From NCBI GenBank assembly GCA_036172245.1, contig JAYWIR010000026.1:1364001-1428000 (forward strand): a DNA stretch of 64,000 bases, given 5' to 3'. The position numbers were made by a program, and so were the translations under genes. This DNA is from Raillietiella orientalis (lineage: Eukaryota). Shown here piece after piece: positions 12,226 to 24,200 of this stretch. Below the pieces are notes generated by a model. It ran no database searches. It had not been told where the DNA came from and worked only from the letters and a program-made list of their open reading frames with translations. Each line of letters begins with the position of its first letter. Positions within the stretch are counted from its first letter, which is position 1.

Positions 12226-15200
12226 GTGAGCCAGCCGCGTTATCCACCGTTGGGCACGAGCGGCCTGGACGCGCGCGCGCGCTCCCCCTCCCTGCGACGG
12301 GACCGTGGACGCCCGTCGCCTCTCCCGCGCTCCGGCGGCTCCCATTGGCCTGGCCCTCTCGTCTAATTGCGCCAATTTGCACGCGAGCGCGGGTTGTCGG
12401 CGCACTTCCACGCATTCCGGTCTTTCATTTTTTCTTCTTCTTCTTCTTCTTCTTCTTCTTCTCCCCCCCCCCCTCCCCCCTCCCTTCTCTCCCGCGTGTG
12501 TTCCGATCGAAGCCCGGAGCAGACAGGTCGGCCTTTCGGTCCCACTCGCAGTTCTCGACGAACCTCTCTCCGTTGCCGCGGCAACTCCCTCGGCGACCAC
12601 CGTCGCCTGCTCGGGTCAACGCACCCAGGAAGGAACGGCCGCGCGACCTCATCGTTTCCAGGGGAATACGGGAACGTGCTCGCTTTCTCTCTCGCCGGGT
12701 GTCCCTCGTCCCGTCCGCCGCAGTCGCCCTCCCTACTCATCCTGGCGGCAGCTCCTCCCTGGTTGCCGACGACGGTTCGCAGAGCGCGCGACTCGCTGGA
12801 GAGCAGTCGTCCCAGGGACCACCCTCCTCGCTCCAATGGGAGCGATCGGATTGCATACCTTTCAGGATGCCCCGTGGGGTGGAGAGCCCGTTCGGCCGAT
12901 CTCACATCTTAGAATGCCCATGGGGGTTCAAGGGCACGAGCAGCAGGAGGTCCATTTCCGCTGAAGGGCACGAGCAGCAGGAAACTTGTGGAAGCCAAGG
13001 AATCCAGGCAGGCAGGACGGACGAGGCAGCCAAGGAGCATGGGAGGCAGGGTGATCAGTTTTGCCGAAGGGCAAGAACATCGGGGAGGCCGCAGGAAGCG
13101 AAGGAGAGGACGGGAAGCGGGACGGTCCGAGAAGCCGAAGGACACGCGCAGGAGGATGACCGCTTCCGATGAAAGGTGCGAGCGGCAGGATGACCGTGGG
13201 AGCTCGAAGGCGCGAGCCGCTGGAGCGGGACAAACAACGCCGAGTGCCCCCCCCCCCCTTTCCTCCGCGGGGGCGGAGCGGAGAGTCCACTCGAGGATGC
13301 CGCCGCCATCTTGCTCGGCCGTTCCCGTCACTCGCCGATGCGGAAACCCGTGCGCTCCCTCCTCCCGTCTGAAGAGGAGAGGGCCGCGCGTAGCCCGGCC
13401 GAGGATCCTGGCCATCGCCGTGCCCTGCTGGTCCCACTGCCCTCAGCGGTGCAGCAGAGGAAGCCATCTCCTGGCCCCGTCTCCTTACCGGACCACTCCT
13501 GCCGCGCTACCGCCAGCCGAAGTCACGTTCCTCCGAGGCAGCAGGCGTGGCGGCGCCGTGACAGCTGTCATCACCGTCGCCATGCCTCCACCGACATCTG
13601 CGAGGCGTCCTCTAGCAGCAGCAGGAGCAGCAGTGGTGGCGGCAGGAGAAATGCCTTCTCCCTCCCCCCCCCTGCCTTTTCTTTTCTTTTCCAATTCCTT
13701 CGGCACTCGTCCGCCTACCAGCCGGCGGCCACGCGCAAGCGCCCGCGGTGACGCCGCCTCCCCCGGTTCGACCGGCAGCAGCCGGTTCAATGCATCCGCC
13801 GCCTCTCGACCGCTGCTGCTCCCTCCTCCGGCATCCCCCCCCTCTCCGCCTTCTTCTTCTAGAAGCTTCGCTGGTTCTCCCGGGTCGCGCAAAGGTAAAG
13901 ATCTATCCTCCAGGTCAAGGAGCTCCTAGAACCGACCTTGGTCCTCCTCTCGAAAGCCCCCGGCGCTCCCCTCAGGGAGAGCAGCTGACGGTTCCGCCTC
14001 TTCTCCGGCCCGGTTCCGGAAGGGCCGCGGAAGGAGGCGGCCAAAGGGTCGTAGACCCTGCAGAGGTAGCAAGGGCGAGATCTGTCCTGGAAAAGCGACC
14101 GCGCAGGGGCCCTCGACCTCGGGTCGTTCACTTCCGAACCACTTTCCCCTCGCACCTGGTACTCCTACACGTCCGCACAGGAATGCATCGCTCGGAAAGG
14201 ACTCGCGGTCGCATGCCGGGTCTCGTCGTCCGAGGCGGTCCTGAAGAACCTCGCGCTTTTGGCTCTTCCCTTCTCCTCCTCATCCCCGCACCAGGGCGTT
14301 TCGTTTCACCCCTCTCCCGGAGTCTGTCTGATCCGTTGTCCCGGCAACGGAGCTTTTCACCTTCCCGGTAAGCCACAGGGAAGCTTTTTCCTCCTCCTTC
14401 CGGCAGAGGCATCCGCACTCTCCTCCCTCCTGAGCAAGCCGCAAGAGCCAGGAGGCCCCTGGTGAAGGGGCAGCCCCCTTGTCCGGCGGAGCCGCCTCGG
14501 CTGGCGGTGGAGGACGAAGGTCGCGCGGGAAACGGAGGAGATGCCTCCGCCGACCCCCCGAGGCAGCTTGGTCCCGTTATTTCGACCGTCGCCGAAGGGA
14601 GTCCGGTGAGAGTCGCTCGGCCAGCGGGTTCCCTGCGGCGCACGGAAAGGCTGAGAGGTCTCTTCCAGCTCAGAGGAGGGTCAGCGTTCACGCGGTTCCT
14701 CTGTGCGCCCATGCACGGTGCTACTGCGGGCGGGCCGGAAGGGGGCTGCAGTGGCGAGAAGGGCACTGGCTGTCACCTGCCGGCCGGCGACGGTCGGTGA
14801 TGCCGCGGGCGGGTCTCCACTCCCTCCTCCTCCCCTGCTGGAGGAGATGCAGCGAAAGGGGAAGCGCCAACGCGAGAGGCAGCAACGTCCCTCCCTCCCT
14901 TGCGGCATCGCCGTGGTTCCCACCAAAGAGGCTTGCCGAAGGGGAGTTTCCGGGAGACGGGAAAAAGGGAGAGATGATCGCCATGGGAGTGGCGCATTTC
15001 TCGGAGGCAGCGGAGGAAAAACTGGGAGGGAGTGCGGGAAATGACCCTCTCTGGACGTCCAGAACGGCTACAGGGAGAAGGGAAGGGGATGGGCTACGGT
15101 GGGGTAGCGTGAGAACGCTGCCCACCCCCCCTCCCTCTGGTGTCCGGTCAGCAAACCCTTGGGCAAGCCGGCAGAAAGGATGCCGACGCCGACGCCTCCC

Positions 15201-18200
15201 GCAGTTGGCATGGCGGCGCGCGTTCCTCCCGGCGCCTGTTCGGAGGCCGCCTGGCGCGCCTCGCGAGGAATTTCGGAGCTGCGCGCGTCGCTGAATGGGA
15301 GGGGGGAGTGCCAGGAAGTGTGAAGATGTCGCTCCCGCTCCCTTCCCCGTCAGGTTTCCTGCTTGTGCCGCGGAGACTGTCCGAGGAAAAGTGCGGGTAG
15401 TCCGGGAAACCGGGAGCTTGTCGTTTAGCACTTGGAAGGGTGGGACTGAGCAAGAGAGATGAGTGAGCAAGAACGTAGCGGCGGCGCCACCATCTGGGGA
15501 GTCGGGAGCCCCTCTCGCCCCCTCGAATGGAACTCAAAGGTTCCGTTAGGGCAGTAGCGGGACTGCTCCTGCCTCTCTGGTCTCCCCGGGCGCCGCCGCT
15601 GTGGACTTCTGGGAAGGAAGGACAAAAGCTCCTCCTAGATCGGAGGGGGAAGAGACCGCAGAGGTGCTCCCGGGATAGAAGCGGGTCACTCCCTCCCGGG
15701 AGTGGATCGAATTCAAGGGAAGACCCAGAGGTTGTGCTGGGGTGCGGTGGGAGGTGAAAGGGGAGAAAAAGAGCTGGGAGACGAACGAAAGGGTCCGGCG
15801 GCCTCTTCTGGAATCGCGCCCGGTTCTCTAACGCTCCATCTTGCCGTAGGGGGCGGGTGTCTTGTGGGCACACCGCCCCTCCCCAAAGGGGGCGCCGCGG
15901 CACATCCGGCGCATTGCTCTGCGCCTTCCCGCGGAAACATGTAATTCAGCCCGACCCAAAGGATGAGGTCAGTGCCAGGGAAAACTCCGGCGGTTGTGCT
16001 CTACGACGGCACTCCGCTCAAGGTTGCGGAGGCTCCCGCTAGGAGCGTGCGCTGATGTTTTGCCACGCCCTCGCACCCGGTCAAAGCAGACAGGGGTGGG
16101 GGTAGGGGGTGAAACACCTCGTCGCTGCTCTTGGCGTTCTTTCGTCCTCTTCTTTTATGGACTACAGAAGGCTGTTGGTGTCCTTTTCCAAGAGAGCGTA
16201 ATCCGCCTTCAAGAGTGGGAGGAGAGGGGCGACCAGGGGGAAAGACAGGGGAGCAGGGGACGCAGGTAGAGGGCCCAGACATGAAGTCGGAAGTGACGAG
16301 GGAAACCTTGGAGAGGAAGGAGACCTCTATGAGGAATCCCGGCTTGGAAGACTCCCCGAAAAATCCTCACACGACCGGGAATGCCTCCCCACATCCTCCC
16401 TTCACCCCCCTCTCCGGACTCGGGTCCATCTCTCTGGCGCAGTCCGGGAGCGCTTGGAAAGCTCTCGCACGTCCTCGACTCCTCGAGAGCGACGACCTCG
16501 TCAACGGTGCTCCGTGACCGTTCGTAATTCTGGAATGAGTCCCTTGCCACTTTTTCCTCAGGGGTGAGTCCAGGGGTCGCGACCTCCCCGGAGGCAGAGG
16601 TCGTTCCCTCTCGAATGCAAAGACGATTCCCGTTCCACCTATTTATCCTGCTTTTTGAGACGAGCGAGGGGGCAAGGGAGGGAGAGAAGTGCGTTATGAT
16701 GGAGGAAGGGAAGAAGGCGATCCCATCCCCGTCCCCATGCTCTTTGAGAGGACCATGACCCCAACAGATTCATTCCTTTTTCGTCTTCTGTTTCAGCCCC
16801 TCTCAGCTGGCTCGCCGATAACCACGTCTTCTCCATCTCTGGGAAGAGCAAAGGTAACCAGGACGCTTCCGCGCTTCCTCCCCTCTCTAGTCCTACGAGA
16901 AGGACACGAGCCACAACTCTTGACATGGGAAAACGAAGGCGGCAGCAAAGTCCCTTGCTCGTCAGGAAGGAGAGGGGAGGGGAGGGGAGGGGGTACGGAG
17001 AGGCCCTCGAACGGGGTCGACTTCAAGGAAGGCGCGCATGCGCGCCGCCACTTCTCTGTCGAGGAGGAGGGCGGCGGCGACTTCGGGAAGGGGGAAGGGG
17101 GGAGGCGCTCCCAGCCGGGGTCTCCCACTCAGACTCAGGGCGCGTTGTCCTCCCGCCGCAGGCTGCTTCTACCAGCTCAGCTACTACTCGGACAGCTCCA
17201 GAGTCCACACCAACGAGCCGTGCCTCAACTGCACCTGCCAGGCCGGCGTCCTCATGTGCTACCTCAAGATGTGCCCGTACATGAAACCGGCCGGGGAGAA
17301 CTGCTCCGTCATTAGGGAGGAAGGCAGCTGCTGCCCGACGATCGTCTGCGCCGACGGTGGGTAGTCAAACCTTGCTGTCTCCCCCAACTCCTGGTCCAGA
17401 ATCATGCCTGCCTCGTCCTCTCGGATGAAACTCAAGGGGTTACCCCCTTGGGTTTCGTCACCTCCCTCTCTTCCCTTCTCCCTGCTTCCTGACAGCCTCT
17501 TGAGTCCCTTCCCACCTGTTCTCCAGTGCGAACGTTCTGCCAGACCTCCGCCAGGGCAGGCTAGGAGATTCCCTTAAAGCAAGGGGCTCTCCTTTCACCA
17601 GAGCCTGCGGGGTGAAAGCTGCTGGTACCGGTGCCACCGGCTGCTCGAAAGAGCCATCCACCGACTCCTTTTTCTTTCTCTGACCTTCTTCCGGGATCCT
17701 TGCTCACCACCGTGGAGACGTCCTGCAGCCCGTGCTCCTCCCGATCCGAGGATGTTTCTCGCTCGGATCCACCCAACGGGAATCCTCATTTTCCCCTCCG
17801 CTGTAAGCTCTGGGTCAGACGAAGTGCATTCCAGTGCCCGTGGCTACGGTGGAACTTCAAGAGCTGCTTCCCTCTTCCAAGTACGAAGCCACGACGGGGG
17901 TATCCTTCAACAGTCCCTGGTCTTGGGAGGACGGCAGGTGTCACGTGAGCGGCAGGCTCTACGAGGAGGGCTCCAAGCTGCCCACGAACCCCGAGAGGCC
18001 CTGCGAGCTCTGCTTCTGCATACGCAACCAGAGCGTCTGCGTCGTGGAAGAGTGCACTCTGCACATCCGGGGTTGCACCCCGGTGTACATGCGCGGAGTG
18101 TGCTGTCCCATGAGATACAACTGCGGTAAGGGAACGCGTATCCAAGGGTGTCTCGCCTTGTCTTCCTGACGGGATGGCGGTCCACCTGTTGTTCTTCCTC

Positions 18201-21200
18201 TGAGCTGCCGCCTCTTCCGGAACTCCTTGTTGAGGCTAGAATGCTCTTCCCTCCCCTCAATGAGTTCCCTTCTCGCTCCCTCCAGCGAAAGGAACTTTGC
18301 GGGAGTCCGTTTCTCTTCCCTGAAAACACGTAGAGACCTCTCCTGTGGTCAACTTTCGGGATCCTTCCCACTCGCCCTTCTCATCCCCCAGGCTCGGGAG
18401 AGCTCCAGATGATCCGAATTTCCATCCTTTCCTTCGCCCGTTTTCCTGACCGGACCGTCTTCTGCAGCTTTCGGGAGGTGCGAACGGTTCCTTTCCCTCT
18501 TCCGGAATCCAAAGTCTTCCAGGTCAGTTGATGCTGGAACGTGGTGTGACCCTATGTGGTCATCCTGGTGGAGGAACCTCGTTGGCCACCCTCCCTCCCA
18601 CATGGCACACGTCCATGTTCCAAGGCGCCTCCTTCAGGGAACGAAGCGAAAGCTCTCTGACGTGCCCTCCACCACTTGCGGGCGCATAGCTGACGCGGAA
18701 CGGCGAACCAGCAGCGGACCGCCTCCGTCCGAGAACTTGACCTCCGCGGACCGCGTGTTCCGAGCGCAGACCCGCCAGGAATCCGCGCAGCGGTCGCGCT
18801 CTATCGGCAGGCGCTCGCAGAATCCGAGCATTGTTTGTCAAGGAGGATGCCGAGAATGACCTCGAGGAAGGAAACGGGCGCAAACCAGCTCCTTGGTCCC
18901 TTCCCCCCTTGAGAACTTGTTCTGCCCTTCGGGCTCTAGTCAGTAAGGGGAAGAGGGACAGCGACAAAAAGGAGCTCCCTCGAAGAGAAAACCAAAGAGG
19001 CCATCGCTGCCCCCGGGGCTCGAAGACCGAAAGGCCCGGTCGTTCCACCACTGTTCTTTCACGGGGACCGCAAATCCCTCCGGAATCCGGATGGCCTTGT
19101 CGCGTGCCCGTTTCGAAGGGCGACCCGGAGCGAAACACGGAGGGAGCGCGCCCTGTGCCCTGGTTTGTCCTTGTGCGCTGCAGGGGGTCTCTCCACGCAC
19201 GTCCCCAAAGCCGTACCCTTGCTTCCGCCAGTCCTGCGGCGGCGCTGCGCGCGGCCGACCGGAGGAAATTCTTCGGTGAGAGACAGACGCCGGGCAATGC
19301 CAGTGAGAGGGAGGGCATTGTCTTCTTTCACTCCCCCGGCGGGCCCTTCGTATCGCGGCAACCAAACGGTCAGTTTAAATCAACCTGCTGGTCATAAGCG
19401 CTCGCTCGCTCGCAGCGATGCTTCCTAACCCCTCCGGTATCCGTTGGTGCGCGCTCTCCCTCTCTTCCCCTTCCCAATTACCGACAGATTTATGGCCTCT
19501 GCCCACGGCGCCATCGAGCTTGCGATGTAACGACACTGGAGATCGTGATCCCGTTTCCATGATCGGCCTGACGCTGAAGCCAGCGGAGGTCGTGCGCCTC
19601 GCCTGACTCACGCACGACCGCGCCGCTCTTCTGCATCCGCCAGCCGGCGCATGCCCTAGAGACGTTTCCTTCCGCAGAAGACAGTGAAAAGGAGACCTGC
19701 TCCTGCTCCACGACGGTCCCGATCGCGTCCGCCTGGGACATGCCGTCGCAGTGAGCCTCTCTGAGGTCTCCGCCGCCGCTGCTCGAGGCAAACCGCGCTT
19801 CCGGACCCGTCCCTGAAAGGTTCTTCCGTCCCCTTCGGAAACGAACCGCCGCCATTGCCTTTCGCTCTTCTCGCCATCGCCATCTCGAACAGGAGTCTGC
19901 GAAGAAAAAAAAAAAGTTCGGAGCCTCGGAACCTTCCTTGGCAGCTCCTCCGCGAGCTCCGCGCGTCCCGCGCCCTGAATCCCACAGCACGCGGAGATCC
20001 CGAACAAAAGTCCGAGAGGGATCGACGTCCTCAAGAAGGGAAGGCGGCAATGTCAGGGGTGGTCAGGTGTGCCTTCTCTGAGAGCGAACTCGCCGTTCTC
20101 CTCCTTGGTTCCTTGCCTCTTTTCCCGAAGCTTCTTGCACCGCCACCTGTCCGGGCGCGCCACCGCCGCTCCTCGGACTTCCCGTTGAGCACGAGCGCCC
20201 TTCGAAACGCGTATTCTGGGATCGCCTCTCGGCCTTTTGGCTAAGATCAGAGTGGGATGCCTAAGCAGGAAGTGGGCGGACTTGCGCTGAAGATGGGTTT
20301 TTGGCCTCCTATTGGAGACGGGGATGCTCCCTGGTAGCCGGGCGTAGGACTGCGCAGAAGCATCCCCAAAGTTTCAGGGAACGGGACTAGGGAATACCTA
20401 GAGAAATCGTGGACCAAGTGCTCGCCGGAAGGGAGGGGAGGGGGACGTTGCCGACAGAGTCCTTGCCCGCATCTTTCTGGCGTCCAGACGTTTCTCTATC
20501 AAAGAACCACTCTTGTGCCCGAAAAGCGAAAGACAGGGGAACCCGCGGGCTCACCCCCTCCCGACCGAGTTGGCAGAGCTGTCTGGCGGACTTTGCTTTA
20601 CATCACTCCTTCTGAGGTTTCACTCGGTGAGAAAGTCATCTGTGGTCGAGAGCCCGGCGTGTCCTTGGCGTCTGCGCTCGTCGGTACATCGATCTCTTTT
20701 CCTTAAACCGGAGCAAAAAAAAACTGTGCGAAATGAGATGAATGAATAGGTACACGCGTGTGTGTGTGTGTGCACGGACCTTTGCTGCATGTTTTTGGGA
20801 GGACGGACACGGGCGGATGGGGATGCGCCCATCTGTCGCACTTCCCTTACCTAACGGCCGAAGGGGAACCTGCGGGCGAGAATCGATGCAAAGCACTCCC
20901 TCTTCCTTTCTCCGACTCCGCTCGTGGTCGGACGACCTCCCACGGGATCGAGTGCTGCAGGCCAGTTGCGTTTCCCGGTCTCTGAGAACGGAAGAAACGA
21001 ACGGTGCCCTGCCGTTTCCGGATTTCGAGAACCTTTCAGAATAGACAAGCGGGCTTAACAGAAGCTTCACTTGGGCGACGGGAAGGGGAGGGAGGGAAGA
21101 TTTGCAGAGAAAAAAAAAAAAAAAAAAACAGAAAGAAAACCCAAAAGGGTGGTCAACCGTACTCATTCTTTTGTTTGTTTGTTTTTCTTTTTTCCTTTCC

Positions 21201-24200
21201 TTTCTCGCCAGCTTTCCGAAAGATGGCGATCGATCTTGTCACTCCTGACCGACTGTTGTGACCTCCAGAGCGAAGCCTGGCTACCACGGAACCCGCGACG
21301 CTTATCGACCGCATTCTCGGCACATCTTCGAAGAAAGGCTGCAAATACAACGGGGAGTGGCACGGCGAAGGAGCGCAGATCCGAGGCAAGCAGCCCTGCG
21401 AGCACTGCTATTGCATGAACGGGGACGTCGTCTGCGTGGTGGAGGACTGCGGTAGCCTCCTGCTCGGATCCGCCTGCGTTCCAAACATTCGTTCCGGAGA
21501 CTGCTGTCCCACGGAATTCCAGTGTCGTAAGTGGCGCTTTTTCTCTCCCTCCCCATGTACACGGAAGATCCTCCCGCGGAAAATCGAACAGCAGAAGAAA
21601 ACACGGAGACCTTTGTTTCGGGAAATCTGACACGTCCTCAGGGATCCAAGCTGGCAACGCCGAGCCACACGAGCCTCGCAGAAATCGGTGGTCCCAAAAC
21701 GCCGCAAGGCGTTCCGGGAATCCCTCCAGCCGACAAGACGCAGGAGGACGCGTTTTACCCGAGCAGAATAACTCTTCCGCCCATACCTGGAGAAGGTGAA
21801 GGGCGTCCAGGAGGGAGAAGTCGCGCCAAAAGCCCCGCCCTCTTCCAGGGTCGTGCCTAGTCGACGGAGTCACCTATCCCAACAATTCGGTCGTGACGGA
21901 ATCGGGATTCTGCGGGCAAAAGTGCCTCTGTCGCAGCAGCGTGGTGTTCTGCAAGCCCAGCAGATGCCCTGCACCCCCCCCTCGTTCGAAGTGCCAAGTA
22001 ATGAAGCAGACAGGGAGCCAATGCTGTCCTGCTTACAGCTGCGTCTCCAGTAAGGCGAACGGTTCCTAAAAGAACTTTCTGAAACGGTTGCTTCAGGTGA
22101 CGGAGAGAAGTTCAACTTCATAGAAGGTCGGGTGGCTACCGTCCTGTCTCCGGAAGACACAGAAGGTTCCGATTCCCGGACGACGGACATCCAGACTGGA
22201 ACCCCCTCTCACGATTTCTTAACCCAAGCCCCTAAGAAGCACGCCGCAATGGATATGAAGCTCGCAACAGGGGAACCCGAGATGGTCATGGGGACCCGAA
22301 GGGTACATCCAGAAACCACGAAGGAACCCGCCGAAGAGACCAAGCAAGCGACAGCTGTAGTCTCTGGCGAAGATGCTTCACTGCCGCAGGAGATGCAGAC
22401 CACCATCGAAGGTGGAGGTCCCGCCACTGTGCCCACCGAAGAGCAAGAGTTGCACCTCCCTGCAACCGAATCGTTTGTTCAGATCGCCGAATCCTCACAA
22501 CCAGTAGAAGTGGACACAAACAGCGACACTCCAGAGCTGACCGCAGTGGTAACCGGAAGCACTTCCGTTGCATCGCACGGATATCCTGTGTCGTCAATGC
22601 CAGTAGGGGACGTCACGGGTGAAGAAAAGATCCCTGATGCTGAAGAAGACGCTGCTTACACGGATGCGAAGGAAATCGAGACGGACACAACGCAGTCCCT
22701 AATGAAACTCGTTCCCGAGAACGAGACTACGGACCCGGGAAGAAATCGGGGATCTGTGGACCAAGGTGACGATTCAGAATCGGCTAATTTTGCTATCCAA
22801 GCATCTTCGACGCCTTCACGGCTTCAGGAAGATGGCACTTCCCTGGTCGGCGAAGGAAGCTATGAGTCAGCTTCCATCACTGCATCAGCAACAACACTGG
22901 AGGATGAGAAAGAGTTATCGGAGCTTCCATCGGAGCCGGTACCTTTCGAAACACCATCCGCGTTCTCCCTTCCGGCAGATAAAATTGGAAACTTCACTGA
23001 CCTCGTCACGAGCGAAGCTGCCAGCGATACAGCTTCATCCGAAGATACCACGAAAGAAGGCCGCTTCTCGTTTCCTGAGCACACGTCACCGCATGCAGAG
23101 GAGCTGACGGCTGCGTTTCCTGAAAGCGCCCAAGGGGATCGGGAAGGCGAAACGCGTCTCCCTTCTTCGGTCGAAACACCCGAATCGATGCCTGACCTGG
23201 AGGAAGAACTGAAAGACGCATCTACCACTGCTTCAGCTTTCACCACGAGGACACCTCAGCTCGTGCACCTCGAAGTCGCCTCCCAGGAAAATGGCGTCCC
23301 GCTCTCTTACTCGACCCAGGAGGTCACAGCGCCTTACGAAGGAATAAAGGAATCCTCAACAGGATCCGTGGCCGGGTCTCGTGTCGCCAATTTGACGGAG
23401 GAACCGGACGCCGGGACCAGCCTGCAAGCGGAAAACGAGATGCTCACTTTCGAAAAGGAAAGCTCATCGTCCACGTCTGATTCCTCGATGGTGTCCAGGG
23501 AAACGTGGGAGCATACACTGTCGCATCCGACTACCGGTTCCACGGATTCAGGCGATGAAGGCGACACTGGCGATAGCGTGCAGTCCTCAACACCACAAAG
23601 CACTCCGGCAGGCGGCGGCGGACAGCTGGAGGAGACCGACATTTCCTTGAAAGCCGCTGCGACTGCTCTGCTCTCGGATTCACCAAGCAGGCCCCCCGCT
23701 GAGGTGTGGAGCAATCCGGAAAGATCCCCGACCTTCCCTGCAAGAACGGAAGAGCCCACCGCAGACGCAGCTACGACGAAAGGTGAGAGTCTTCGTTGCC
23801 TGCCGGCACTCGCGGCTTCCTCAGACTATGGGAGAGATTCTTCCGAAGAGGCGATGGCGGGAGCGACCCAGGGAAGTGAGAAGGACGCAGTTCGGGATGC
23901 CAGCACGCAAGCAGCAACACGTACTCTTGCGAATGCGTCGACCGAGCGTCCATCAGGTATCTCCAGGTGGATCTGCTGCCGTTCCGGAATTCACGATGCC
24001 TCAGGCACCCCTGTTCCAGGTGGCACTTCCAGCGCACTTCCATCACTTCAGAATGTCTCTCCGGAAAACGACGAGCTGCTGTTCATCCACCAGCTGACGA
24101 CAGAAGGGCCCAGTTCGGCTGAGGACGGCATCACGGAGGCTTTCGGGGAAAATGTATCCACTGGACAGGCGTTCCCCACCCACGACGTCTCACCGCAAAT

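Noticed and set aside
11643..13172. 509-aa + strand ORF
   Set aside because: Low-complexity and reads through (CT)n and (TTC)n repeats; only 12123-12225 behaves as an exon.
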